Below are positions 20,398-29,729 of a stretch of 64,000 bases of DNA, piece after piece. Source of the DNA: a candidate division FCPU426 bacterium (GTDB taxonomy: Bacteria; Oederibacteriota; Muellerivitia; Muellerivitales; Muellerivitaceae); contig CAWCKJ010000004.1 of NCBI GenBank assembly GCA_963796105.1, forward strand, positions 704,001 through 768,000, written 5' to 3'. Within the stretch, counting starts at the first letter, position 1; each line of letters starts with the position of its first letter. A model generated the notes under the pieces. That model ran no database searches and had not been told where the DNA came from. It saw only the letters and a list, made by a program, of their open reading frames with translations. A program made the position numbers and the translations under genes.

Positions 20398-21063
20398 ATG
20401 GCCGATATTGAAAATGAATCTTTGAAATGGCTGGATAACCTAGCCGATTTGTCCAATTTCCTGAAAAAGCACCCTTCCGCCACCAATTCCGAACTGGCCC
20501 TAGAATTGGGCATCCATCGTGGATCGGTTATAACCCTGAAGGCCCTCCGGCCCCTGCTGGACCCCTCCGCCATTCATAAGATCCGTCAAGCGGCCAAGAG
20601 GGAATATCCCTATACCCTTTATAACCTTTCTTTTAACCGCGCCGAATGCCTGGCCGGCTTGGATAGGAAGGTATCGGACAATCCCAAGTTAGTGCATGAG
20701 GTTTTAGATAAGGTTATCGCCCGCTTTATGATCCCCCTTCAAATCAAAGCCTTCGTGAACCACGTCAACAGCGGCAAACCCATCGAGGATTTCAACCACA
20801 CCCAGATCAAAAGAAAGACCCGGTCCGATAAAAAATCCCGTATCCAATCAAATGGACCGGTATCCGAACCAAAGAAAAAGGAGGTTAAGGATAATCAGCA
20901 AGACTCTCCGTCAGACGCTGTTGCCGGGTGTTTAGCCATTCTTTTCATAATTGGGTTATTGTGGATCGGGGTTTCATGCGTAAAGCACTTGTGTTGTAAT
21001 TCCCAGGCCTCGTCGGCGGCCTCAAGTACCCCTGCGGTGAGCAGCTCAAGTTCCTCGCCATAA
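20398..21063 (+). CDS. HTH DNA-binding protein (ParB/KorB-like DBD) with C-terminal TM helix
   Basis: GGAGG RBS; NSELALELGIHRGSV HTH followed by LSFNRAECLAGL; basic linker; hydrophobic AVAGCLAILFIIGLLWIGVSCV. Confidence 0.65.
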   Translation: MADIENESLKWLDNLADLSNFLKKHPSATNSELALELGIHRGSVITLKALRPLLDPSAIHKIRQAAKREYPYTLYNLSFNRAECLAGLDRKVSDNPKLVHEVLDKVIARFMIPLQIKAFVNHVNSGKPIEDFNHTQIKRKTRSDKKSRIQSNGPVSEPKKKEVKDNQQDSPSDAVAGCLAILFIIGLLWIGVSCVKHLCCNSQASSAASSTPAVSSSSSSP

Positions 21064-21279
21064 GTCTTGGCGAATTCTCATGGCAGTTCCCTTTAAGCAC
21101 CCCGCCTAGACCCCTAATTTTAATTTCCTTGGTGATTTTTATGGTTTCCTTCACTGTTAATTTATCTTAGGCAAAATTTAAGGCATAGCATAATTTATTG
21201 TACAGTTATAATGACTTGGCTCTTCTGGAAATAACCGATCTGTGGAACGTGAAGACAGCCATTAGAGGATTTTTAAAAA

Positions 21280-22107
21280 ATGCTTAAATATGACGAGATT
21301 GGTTATTGGACTGAAATTAAACTTGAAATAATCAAAAGATATGCGACTGAGTACTCAAAAATAATCACAAAGAATCCTTTTCAAGTCCATGAACATGTTT
21401 ACATTGATGCTTTTGCTGGACCTGGGGTCCATATATCCCGTGCAACAGGTGAATATATTCCAGGAAGCCCGCTTAATGCGCTTTCCGTTACGCCGCCTTT
21501 TAAAAAATTTTATTTAATTGATGTAAATGCTGAAAAAACACATGAATTAAAGCAGTTAATTTTGGATCGCCGAGATGTTGAAATATTTACGGGTGATTGC
21601 AATCAAGTTCTTCTTCAAGATGTCTTTCCAACGGTCAAGTGGTCCGAATACAAACGCGGTTTATGCATACTTGATCCTTACAACATTAATTTGAATTGGG
21701 ATGTCATGTTTCAAGCGGGACAAATGAAAAGCCTCGAGATATTTTTGAATTTTATGGTAATGGATATGAACCAGAATGTTTTGAAACATAACTTTGATTC
21801 CGTTGATCCAACACAAATTCTACGCATGAATAATTTTTGGGGGGATGAGTCTTGGAAGGATGCTGTTTATCAGAAAGATTTATTCGGCGAGCCTGATAAG
21901 GTAATTGATGCTAATGAAAAATTGGCTAAGGCTTTTCAAGAACGTCTTAAAGAAAAAGCTGGATTTAAATATGTCCCAGATCCATTGCCCATGCGAAATT
22001 CAAATGGCGCTACAATATATTACTTATATTTTGCATCGCATAAACCGGCTGCGAGTGGCATTGTCGAATATATTTTTAACCAATACAGAAAACGAGGCAT
22101 TGTTTAA
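21280..22107 (+). CDS. tcmP: Three-Cys-motif partner protein TcmP (methyltransferase-like)
   Basis: [30 protein letters not shown]; paired with DUF5131. Confidence 0.85.
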   Translation: MLKYDEIGYWTEIKLEIIKRYATEYSKIITKNPFQVHEHVYIDAFAGPGVHISRATGEYIPGSPLNALSVTPPFKKFYLIDVNAEKTHELKQLILDRRDVEIFTGDCNQVLLQDVFPTVKWSEYKRGLCILDPYNINLNWDVMFQAGQMKSLEIFLNFMVMDMNQNVLKHNFDSVDPTQILRMNNFWGDESWKDAVYQKDLFGEPDKVIDANEKLAKAFQERLKEKAGFKYVPDPLPMRNSNGATIYYLYFASHKPAASGIVEYIFNQYRKRGIV

Positions 22108-22838
22108 TGTCAACTAATTCTTCCATTGAATGGACACAATCCACCTGGAACCCGTTGACTGGCTGCAATAAAGTCAGTCCTGGATGCGCGAATTGTTATG
22201 CGGAACGAATGGCAAAACGTCTCCATGCCATGGGCGTTTCACAATATTCCGACAATTTTAAATTAACTCTCCACGAGAAGTCGTTGGAACTTCCATTGTC
22301 TTGGAAAAAACCACAGATTATTTTCGTTAATTCAATGAGTGACCTTTTTCACAAGGAAGTACCAAAAGATTTTATTAAAAAAGTTTTTAATGTCATGAAT
22401 AGAGCCCATTGGCACACATTCCAAGTGCTTACGAAGCGGGCGGAACGATTGGAAGAAGTAAGCCCTAAGGTTAATTGGTCGAAAAATATTTGGATGGGTG
22501 TAAGTGTTGAAACAGAAAGATTTACCTTTCGAATAGATCATTTGAGACGTACTCAAGCCTTTGTTAAGTTTCTCTCACTGGAACCACTTCTTGGGCCTTT
22601 GCCAAAATTAAACTTAAAAGGCATTGATTGGGCTATTGTCGGCGGGGAATCCGGCCCGGGTGCCAGACCCATGGATGGTTCTTGGGTACTTGAAATAAAA
22701 AAACAATGTCAAAAATCAAAAGTCCCATTCTTTTTCAAGCAATGGGGTGGCGTGTGGAAGAAAAGAGCGGGTCGTTTGCTGCAAGGTCGTACATGGGACC
22801 AGATGCCAAAAAAGAGTGAAATAAAAATTCTCGCTTAA
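22107..22838 (+). CDS. Phage Gp37/Gp68 family (DUF5131) protein
   Basis: [52 protein letters not shown]. Confidence 0.92.
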   Translation: MSTNSSIEWTQSTWNPLTGCNKVSPGCANCYAERMAKRLHAMGVSQYSDNFKLTLHEKSLELPLSWKKPQIIFVNSMSDLFHKEVPKDFIKKVFNVMNRAHWHTFQVLTKRAERLEEVSPKVNWSKNIWMGVSVETERFTFRIDHLRRTQAFVKFLSLEPLLGPLPKLNLKGIDWAIVGGESGPGARPMDGSWVLEIKKQCQKSKVPFFFKQWGGVWKKRAGRLLQGRTWDQMPKKSEIKILA

Positions 22839-22855
22839 TTTAAAAGGTTATTTGT

Positions 22856-22929
22856 GGACCAGAAACTCTTTGACGGGGTGATCACAGAAACCCTGGAAGG
22901 CTTATCCCCTGACCTAAAGGCCGTGCTCG
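22856..22929 (+). repeat. Diverged duplicate of the 5' coding region of the metallopeptidase gene (25525)
   Basis: GGACCAGAAACTCTTTGACGGGGTGATCACAGAAACCCTGGAAGG...GACCTAAAGGCCGTGCTCG aligns without gaps to 25551-25624. Confidence 0.85.
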
Positions 22930-22985
22930 ATCCTATAACCGACCCACGCCGGTTCATCCCATAACAAGTCGCTTTTCAATGGAGT

Positions 22986-23014
22986 TTGACCACATGTACG
23001 CTATCACGTACACT
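22986..23014 (+). promoter_or_regulatory. TA promoter with overlapping operator
   Basis: TTGACC-N17-TACACT; TGTACG-N6-CGTACA palindrome resembling YefM-type TGTACA operators. Confidence 0.7.
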
Positions 23015-23031
23015 TATGGACGGAGGCTGGC

Positions 23032-23274
23032 ATGACCACATTAACCGCAACCCAAGCAAGGGCAAACCTGTTCAAGCTCCTGGACCAGGCGGCCCAATCC
23101 CATGAACCCATCCAGATCACCGGCCGCCGTCAAAACGGCGTATTGATCTCGGAGGACGATTTTCGGGCCATGCAGGAAACCCTCCATCTCTTGAGCGTCC
23201 CAGGAATGAAGGAATCCCTGCTCAAGGCCAAAAAATCGCCCCTTAAAACCTATTCCAAAAAGCGCCCTTGGTAA
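23032..23274 (+). CDS. yefM: Phd/YefM family antitoxin
   Basis: ATQARANLFKLLD...HEPIQIT...VLISEDDFRAMQETLHLLSVPGM. Confidence 0.92.
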   Translation: MTTLTATQARANLFKLLDQAAQSHEPIQITGRRQNGVLISEDDFRAMQETLHLLSVPGMKESLLKAKKSPLKTYSKKRPW

Positions 23275-23533
23275 CCTGGCAGCTTTTTTTCAGCAAAGCC
23301 GCCAAAAAAGACGCCGTTAAATTGAAACGTTCGGGGCTTCAAAAAAAGCTGATGATTTGTTGGATATCCTGGAAAAAGATCCCTTTGCGCCCTATCCCCC
23401 CTATGAAAACCTGGTGGGTGAACTCGAGGGGTTCTATTCAAGGCGTATCAATTTCCAACACCGTCTGGTCTATCAAGTCGATAAGAAAAATCACCGGGTC
23501 TTTGTCGAGCGAATGTTGACTCATTATGAATAA
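23268..23533 (+). pseudogene. yoeB: Txe/YoeB toxin split by a -1 frameshift
   Basis: Frame 0 MVTWQLFFSKAAKKDAVKLKRSGLQKK; -1 frame from 23348 ADDLLDILEKDPFAPYPPYENLVGELEGFYSRRINFQHRLVYQV...RMLTHYE*. Confidence 0.88.
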
Positions 23534-23592
23534 AATTTTTTCTTGGCCCTCTCTCAATATTCTATTCTTTACCCATCTATAACCTTCTCTGA

Positions 23593-23673
23593 GCGCCAGG
23601 GAATAGAGCCCAACAGCAGTGACAAAAAAGGAAAAAACCAGCGGGACCAGTAGCTCTTTGACGGGGTGATCGC
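23593..23673 (+). repeat. Second diverged duplicate of the metallopeptidase gene start (RBS and first codons)
   Basis: GCGCCAGGGAATAGAGCCCAAC...AAAAACCAGCGGGACCAGTAGCTCTTTGACGGGGTGATCGC aligns to 25499-25580. Confidence 0.85.
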
Positions 23674-23810
23674 ATGAACCGGAAACTGCCGAGGATCATT
23701 GAAGACAGCCAATTTAGTCAAGGGACGACCCTTCGGGTCGCCGGTAAATAAAGGATAAATGTTATCGGGGTTGCCTAATTGAAAATACTTTGTTTGGGTA
23801 ATGAATATTT

Positions 23811-24796
23811 TATGCTTATGCACAAAGTGACCGTGCTGTAATGGGTTTTGCTAAGGCACATGCGGTCAAAGCACGGTGAAATAAGGAATCGGGATCATGA
23901 CGACGGTTGAACCGATAGGCATATTCACTTAGATACCGGCCTAAATACTTAGCATCAACGCCATGATGAGTTCCAATGATCCAGGCCTTGGCGTTGGAAA
24001 TGAACCGGTGTACCCAGGGCAACCAACTTTCCAACTCTTTCGGGTCATTGGCCATCACCCGGTAGTCTGCCTCCACTCCTTTGAGTTCACGCAAGGCTGG
24101 CGAAGCATCTGTGTTGAGGAAAGAGCCTTTTTCCATAGTCTGATTCACGAATTCCTGGCTCTCCCACTTGGTTTCCATAGCTACCTTCACCTTGGCAAAA
24201 CCCGCTTTTTCCTTCTTGCAACCATTCTCATCCACCCATTCCTTGCTTTCCACCGCCACCAAGACTTCCACTTGGTTTTCCTTGGCCTTTTTCCCAAAAA
24301 CCGCCCCATCCAACTCAATGACGCCCTTTAGAGTATAGCTTTCGTCCTTTTGCCTAAGACCTTCCCGGATCTTATGCAATAGAAGCCATGCCGAATGATC
24401 CGAAAGATTTAAATGCCGCTTCAGTTCCAGGGCCGAAATACCCCGTTTGCCCTGCATCATCAAACTGATGGCCCTGACCCAGGTTAAAAGAGGCAGCTTG
24501 GAGCTTTCAAAAATCGTCCCGGCGCGAAGCCGAAGACGTTTCCGGCAATAGTCACATTCCCTCACTTCAGGCTTGGCCTGGTGTTGCCAGAAGCTTTCGC
24601 CCTCACATTGGGGACAAACAAAGTCTTTCCCGCCGAAACGGCATCTCCACACCCATTGGCGGGCTTCTTCTTCCGTGTGGATTTTCCTCAGAATTTTAAT
24701 GCTTTTCATCCGCTGGTAGCTCATGTACCACCTCCCGTAGCGGACAGTATACCTATGTATTCCTTTATTTCAAGGGTCACTTAATACAGAAGCATG
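23811..24796 (-). mobile_element. IS1595-family insertion sequence
   Basis: Imperfect TIRs (TATGCTTATGCACAAAGTGACC / GGTCACTTAATACAGAAGCATG); 8-bp target duplication GAATATTT at 23803-23810 and 24797-24804. Confidence 0.92.
23816..24724 (-). CDS. IS1595-family transposase
   Basis: CPQC...CDYC Zn ribbon, GTIFESSKLPL, IELDG, TD, HHGV..KYL..YLSEY.YRFNRR. Confidence 0.93.
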   Translation of the reverse strand: MSYQRMKSIKILRKIHTEEEARQWVWRCRFGGKDFVCPQCEGESFWQHQAKPEVRECDYCRKRLRLRAGTIFESSKLPLLTWVRAISLMMQGKRGISALELKRHLNLSDHSAWLLLHKIREGLRQKDESYTLKGVIELDGAVFGKKAKENQVEVLVAVESKEWVDENGCKKEKAGFAKVKVAMETKWESQEFVNQTMEKGSFLNTDASPALRELKGVEADYRVMANDPKELESWLPWVHRFISNAKAWIIGTHHGVDAKYLGRYLSEYAYRFNRRHDPDSLFHRALTACALAKPITARSLCA

Positions 24797-25162
24797 GAAT
24801 ATTTAATTCGAATTTCTCAAGAAAATGTTTTACGCCTAAAAGAGGTATATGAAGTCCGGGCATATAATCAACAATTACATTAGTTATGGTAAACAACAAA
24901 TCGCCAGATCTATGGTCATAAATTTCAATTGTTGTTGTATGACCAAATCCAGTTGCCGGGCCGCCCGCCGTAGCCGCGGTTTTAGGGTTCCCCATCGTTA
25001 GATTATGTCCTAGAAGTGGAGCGTATAAGGCGGGAATAGTGCATTCATCAGCACCAGTATCCACTAAACCAAATAATTTTTGCTCTAAGCCTGTATGTGG
25101 ATTAATTATTTTTATTGCTAGGTATGGGTGTTCATTTAGAAATGGAATATTTTGGATGGGCA

Positions 25163-25357
25163 TTAATAGACGTTAAGCATTCCCTTTTCTGGAATGAACA
25201 ATAAAACGGGTTCTTTACATCCTTTTTCTTTTGCTTCTGTAACTACATCCAAGGGTATCTCACCGTGGCTGATGACTTCACGGTCTGTGAAAGACCTTAC
25301 GGCAACGTATTTACCGGAATATAGGTCTGCGTTGTTCACTAAAGCCGTGGGTGTCAT
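25163..25357 (-). CDS. DUF5678-like small protein
   Basis: GGGAGG RBS; YSGKYVA...VISHG...V..EAKEKG.KEPVLLFIP; translationally coupled to the protease. Confidence 0.75.
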   Translation of the reverse strand: MTPTALVNNADLYSGKYVAVRSFTDREVISHGEIPLDVVTEAKEKGCKEPVLLFIPEKGMLNVY

Positions 25358-25524
25358 GTAATTCCTCCCGGAATCCAGTGGAGAGCAGGTAAAGTATAAT
25401 GGAAAAATCGCTGAAATATACAGTTGTGGCCAATGGTAATCAATTAAATATACGTTAAATTGTAGATTACTAAAACAATCTCCCCATGGGTTGAGGTTGC
25501 GCCAGGGGAGGGAGCCCAACGGCC

Positions 25525-25917
25525 ATGGCAAAACAGGAAAAAAACCAGCGGGACCAGGAGCTCTTTGATGGGGTGATCGCGGAAACTTTGGAAGGCCTGC
25601 CTGCCGACCTGAAGGCCGCGCTCGGCACAGTGCAAATCGTGGTCCAGCCCCGGCCCAGCGCGGAGCAGTTAGGTGATTCAGACCCGGAAACCGAGGATGG
25701 CCTGCTGGGCCTGTTCGAGGGCTTCAGCCTGAGGGAAAGGCCCCTGGGGCAGGACCGGGAATTCCCCGACCGTATCATCCTCTTCGAGGAATGCCTGAGG
25801 GAGAGTTGTAGCGGGGAAAAGGAACTCAAGCGGGAAATCCGGAAAACCCTCCTGCACGAGCTGGGCCATTATTTCGGGTTTTCCGAGGAGGAGTTGGAAG
25901 CCCGGGGTTTGGAGTGA
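25525..25917 (+). CDS. Zincin-like metallopeptidase (DUF1025-type)
   Basis: LLGLFEG, PDRIILF, TLLHELGHYFG. Confidence 0.9.
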   Translation: MAKQEKNQRDQELFDGVIAETLEGLPADLKAALGTVQIVVQPRPSAEQLGDSDPETEDGLLGLFEGFSLRERPLGQDREFPDRIILFEECLRESCSGEKELKREIRKTLLHELGHYFGFSEEELEARGLE

Positions 25918-25947
25918 AGGATTAAGGCCTCTAACAAAAAAACTTTC

Positions 25948-26073
25948 ACCACAGGGCCATTCGCACCGCAGCGAATGGCAGGGCTTCGGTAGCGCACAGA
26001 GTCACAGAGTTAAATCATTGATTTTTAAAGAAATTCTTGTGCTTTTTTCTGTGTACTCCGTGTACTCTGTGGT
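25948..26073. repeat. REP-like ACCACAG...CACAGAG / CTGTG...CTCTGTGGT element with inserted hairpin
   Basis: Inverted CACAGAG-type triplets; carries CCATTCGCACCGCAGCGAATGG, a variant of the hairpin in copies B/C/E. Confidence 0.6.
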
Positions 26074-26114
26074 TCAAACTTTGATTTTATATTAGAAGTT
26101 CTAAGGAGGTAGTT

Positions 26115-26525
26115 ATGGGTTTGATGAAGGAGTTCAAGGAATTCGCGGTCAAGGGGAATATGGTCGATCTGGCGGTCGGGATCATCATCGGCGGGGCCTT
26201 TGGAAAAGTAGTTTCCTCCATCGTGGCCGACGTCCTGATGCCGCCCCTGGGGTATTTGATCGGCGGGATTAATTTTACCGACATCAAGATCCACCTCAAG
26301 GCACCGGCCCTGGACCTGGCGGGAAAAGCCGCCCAGGAAGTCACGATTAACATCGGCAACTTCATCCAGTCCCTCATCGATTTCACCATCATCGCCTTTG
26401 CGGTCTTCTTGATGGTCAAAGCCATCAATACCCTCCATCGCAAGGCCGAGGCGGCGGTGCCGGCCGCTCCCCCCAAGCAGGAAGTCCTGTTGGAGGAAAT
26501 CCGGGACCTGCTGAAAAAGAAATAA
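26115..26525 (+). CDS. mscL: Large-conductance mechanosensitive channel
   Basis: [30 protein letters not shown]...LLEEIRDLL. Confidence 0.98.
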   Translation: MGLMKEFKEFAVKGNMVDLAVGIIIGGAFGKVVSSIVADVLMPPLGYLIGGINFTDIKIHLKAPALDLAGKAAQEVTINIGNFIQSLIDFTIIAFAVFLMVKAINTLHRKAEAAVPAAPPKQEVLLEEIRDLLKKK

Positions 26526-26561
26526 AAAACAAGCCCACTCTTGTCCAAAATAGACTTTAGC

Positions 26562-26806
26562 CACGGATGCATAGGATACATGGGATTTAAAGAAACTTCA
26601 GATCGTGACAAGAGCATAGCTCTTGCGCCCTTGGGGCGTTATGGCCCTGCCTGCGGACCTCGGAAAAATGGATTTTTCCAGAGGCCGTCGGCTGGGCCAT
26701 ATAACACGATCGATAAGCAATCCTTCATTTAAAACTTAAAATTAATAATTTAAAATTCTTCCTGTAAAGAATGCCTTGCCATCCCCCTGCATCCCCTTAA
26801 TCCGTG
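26562..26806. repeat. REP/MITE-like element with CACGGAT...ATCCGTG ends
   Basis: CACGGATGCATAGGATACATGGGAT ... ATCCCCCTGCATCCCCTTAATCCGTG imperfect inverted ends. Confidence 0.5.
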
Positions 26807-26880
26807 CCGATCATCCACAAAAATATATTGAGATCGGTACTGTACCAGCCTCCTTCAACTGCCTTATGGTAGGCTGGCAC
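26804..26880. repeat. Double-hairpin module, copy 2
   Basis: GTGCCGAT-N21-ATCGGTAC-T-GTACCAGC-N23-GCTGGCAC. Confidence 0.75.
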
Positions 26881-26992
26881 GTGGCAAAGGACTTGGTTTT
26901 GTTTAACGCCTTTTAGAATTTAAAATTTCGTTGCTGGTTTTTCCCCCTCTAAAAGAGGGGGGAGTCGCTGATACATTTTGCACTATGATTTA

Positions 26993-27877
26993 ATGAAGCC
27001 GAGCAAGGCACAAGATGTCCAAATCTTTTATAGGGAAAACCGCTTGAGTCCTTTTGACCTTCTTTTGGAAGGCCCACAGAAGCGGCAGCTTTGGGCCACC
27101 CTGGAATTGCCGGAAAAAATCACAGGCCCTGCCATCGTGATGGCGCACGGCTTTCTCGGTTTCAAGGACTGGGCCTTTTTCCCTTGGCTATCCTCTTTTT
27201 TCGCCCAGGCGGGTTTTCCCGTTTTACGCTTTAATTTCTCGGGCTCCGGCATGGGAAACGCCAAAGACGGGCCATTCCAGGAATTGGAAAATTTCGAGAA
27301 AGATACCATCACCCGGCAGGTGGAAGACCTCCATGTGGTAGTGTCCCGCCTGGAGCAAGGGCAATTGAATCCCAATCTTCCCCCGCAAAAGGATTTATTC
27401 CTTTGGGGCCATTCCCGGGGCGGCGGGGTCTGCCTCCTGGCCGCTGGACAATGCCCCCCGGTCAAGGGTGTGGCGACCTGGGCCACCATCTCCCGCGTAA
27501 ACCGTTATTTCTTTGAGGCCAAACAAGCCTGGCGGAAAGATGGGTATTCAGTGATTGAGAGTTCCCGGACCGGCCAGGCCTTGAGGTACTCCCTGGATTT
27601 CCTGGAGGACGCTGAGAATTGGGGAAAGGAGGGGGATGTCCCGGCCTACCTGAACCGTCTGGGGATACCGGTTCTTTTCGTCCATGGTTCCGAGGATAAG
27701 AGCGTCCTTCCGGATGAGTCCGAAAGCCTGGCCGCCATCCATTCCCAATCCCGCTTAGCCATCCTGGCCGGGGGCGACCATAAGTTCATGGCGTCCCACC
27801 CCTTCACCCAAGCATCCCCGGTCCTGCTGGAAGCCGCCCAAGCTACCGTTAAATTCTTCTCAGAACTCCTGGACTAG
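26993..27877 (+). CDS. Alpha/beta hydrolase
   Basis: HGFLGFKDW, GHSRGG nucleophile elbow, HGSEDKSV, GGDH. Confidence 0.9.
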   Translation: MKPSKAQDVQIFYRENRLSPFDLLLEGPQKRQLWATLELPEKITGPAIVMAHGFLGFKDWAFFPWLSSFFAQAGFPVLRFNFSGSGMGNAKDGPFQELENFEKDTITRQVEDLHVVVSRLEQGQLNPNLPPQKDLFLWGHSRGGGVCLLAAGQCPPVKGVATWATISRVNRYFFEAKQAWRKDGYSVIESSRTGQALRYSLDFLEDAENWGKEGDVPAYLNRLGIPVLFVHGSEDKSVLPDESESLAAIHSQSRLAILAGGDHKFMASHPFTQASPVLLEAAQATVKFFSELLD

Positions 27878-27924
27878 TCTTTCGTCCTTTGCTTTAAGTC
27901 GGCTTCAACGGATACAATAAAGCA

Positions 27925-28623
27925 ATGAAACCACCGGCTTTCCGGAACTTGAAATTCCTGCCTTTGGGCCCCAGCCCCGCAAGGGTTGGCGCTTTCCATC
28001 TCGCGGATTTTCCGGGTTTTTCCGCCGAGGACTTGAGATCCCTGGAGCTTTTTTATTCCTCCCAACTTTCCCGCTACCAGTCCCCCGAACAGCGGGTGGG
28101 GTGGCAGACGCAGGAAAGCCAGCGGGTTCGTTTCGAGGCGCTTTCTTCCGTCGCCCCCCTGACGGGAAGCAAAATCCTGGATTTGGGCTGCGGCTTGGGA
28201 GCCTTTTGGGGTTATCTGAAGGAAAAAAGCTTGTCCTTGGATTATACAGGAGTCGATCTTTTTCCCAACGTGATCCGGGAAGCCAGGCAATATTATCCTG
28301 ACGCGAGGTTTGAATCCCGGGTGATCCTCTCCAAACCTTTTCCGGTGAGGACTTTTGATTATTCCTTCCTGTCGGGGGTCTTCAATGTGCGGGTATGGGA
28401 CAATTGGAAATACATGAGGGAGCTTCTTTCCTGCGTCCTGAGGCAAACGAAAAGAGCCGTGGCTTTCAACGTCTTGAACGCCGAGGCGGGATTGCGCGAA
28501 CCGGACCGCTTCACGGCTCGGGCGCGGGACCTGGCCTCCCTCGGGCGGAGGCTGGGAGTCTCAAGAGTCCACCTCTTGGATCATTACCACCCCCTGGACC
28601 TGACCCTGTTCCTCTACAAATAG
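27925..28623 (+). CDS. Class I SAM-dependent methyltransferase
   Basis: ILDLGCGLG, YTGVD, FDY...SGVFN. Confidence 0.9.
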   Translation: MKPPAFRNLKFLPLGPSPARVGAFHLADFPGFSAEDLRSLELFYSSQLSRYQSPEQRVGWQTQESQRVRFEALSSVAPLTGSKILDLGCGLGAFWGYLKEKSLSLDYTGVDLFPNVIREARQYYPDARFESRVILSKPFPVRTFDYSFLSGVFNVRVWDNWKYMRELLSCVLRQTKRAVAFNVLNAEAGLREPDRFTARARDLASLGRRLGVSRVHLLDHYHPLDLTLFLYK

Positions 28624-28671
28624 TCCTAAAAATAGCTGGAAATAAACGGAGGGGTTTTCTACACTCGGCCT

Positions 28672-29496
28672 ATGACTTCAAACACCCCTCAACGCATAGT
28701 CTCTTTCGCCCCTCCCGTGACTGAGATCCTTTCCTTTTTAGGCCTGGAGGAGCGGGTCACCGCGGTTCCCGAGTTTTTCGAGAACCTCCCGCCCGTGTCC
28801 GACCGCCAAAAACCCGAGTACTGGTTTTCCATGGGCGTGAAGCGGGCCAAAAGCCTTTGGGCGGACCTGGTTTTGACCTATTCCATCGCCCAATTGGATC
28901 TCCACAACCGCCTGAAGGAAAACGGGTTGAACGCCTTTCACCTGGATATCCGCTGTCTGCGGGACGCCGAGGAAGCCTTTCATTTGATAGGAAAGGTCAC
29001 CGGCACCCAGGAACGGGCCCGCCAATTGGCGGGTGATTTCACGGGCGGACTCGCCGCCCTCAGGGACAAGGTGCCGCCCGGCGGCTACCGGCCCAAGCTC
29101 TATTGCGAGGAATGGAACAAGCCCCCCACCGTCGCGGGCAGTTATTGGCCTGAACTCATGGCCGAGGCCGGGGCCCATTATTTTCCTATCCTGCCCCGCG
29201 AGATCAGCCGTCCGGTCAAGATTGAGGAACTCGTGCATTTTGATCCAGAAATCATCGTTTTCTCCATATACAGTGCCGGGCTGGATTTCAATCCCGAGGA
29301 AGCCCTGAAGCGGATCGGCTGGGAGAGACTGACCGCTGTCAAAAAACGAAGTGTTTTCAGTGTGGATTCCTCGCTTCTGAACCAGCCTGGACCCCGCCTC
29401 ATCGAAGGAGTTAAACCCATCCAAACCATCATTGGGGAAACTTACTGGGGCTGGCCTCTTACTAAATCCGGGCAAATACGCAGGGTCATAAGTTAG
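28672..29496 (+). CDS. Helical-backbone metal/cobalamin-binding protein (BtuF-like)
   Basis: PQRIVSFAPPVTEIL, DPEII, LLNQPGPRL; no obvious signal peptide. Confidence 0.8.
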   Translation: MTSNTPQRIVSFAPPVTEILSFLGLEERVTAVPEFFENLPPVSDRQKPEYWFSMGVKRAKSLWADLVLTYSIAQLDLHNRLKENGLNAFHLDIRCLRDAEEAFHLIGKVTGTQERARQLAGDFTGGLAALRDKVPPGGYRPKLYCEEWNKPPTVAGSYWPELMAEAGAHYFPILPREISRPVKIEELVHFDPEIIVFSIYSAGLDFNPEEALKRIGWERLTAVKKRSVFSVDSSLLNQPGPRLIEGVKPIQTIIGETYWGWPLTKSGQIRRVIS

Positions 29497-29561
29497 CGGT
29501 ACGTTTTTGTGCAAATTCCCTGTTACAGCGTCATGTTTCTATTGTTAACTTGAAGGTTTCA

Positions 29562-29593
29562 TTGAAAAATCCCATCGAAGATGGGTTTTTCAA
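29562..29593. terminator. Hairpin, possible terminator
   Basis: TTGAAAAATCCCATC-GAA-GATGGGTTTTTCAA. Confidence 0.55.
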
Positions 29594-29729
29594 CACTTCC
29601 AACTTTCTTTCTGACAAGATACTTGATCATTCCCTCCCCATGAGGAACCCTGGATTTTTCCGGTGAGCCGAGATAAATTAATGCAATGAAAACCTTTACC
29701 TTTAAATTTTCACAGAGTAAAGAGTCCCA

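Larger units (their letters stand above)
23762..25163 (-). pseudogene. Retropepsin-like aspartyl protease interrupted by IS1595
   Basis: LVDTGAD motif and LLGVKHFL; removing the IS restores ...FELNIHYPNKVFSIRQPR* (stop 23762-23764). Confidence 0.85.

Noticed and set aside
23569..23823. 84-aa minus-strand ORF
   Set aside because: A chimera of the IS end, an off-frame protease tail and the antisense of the duplicated metallopeptidase start.
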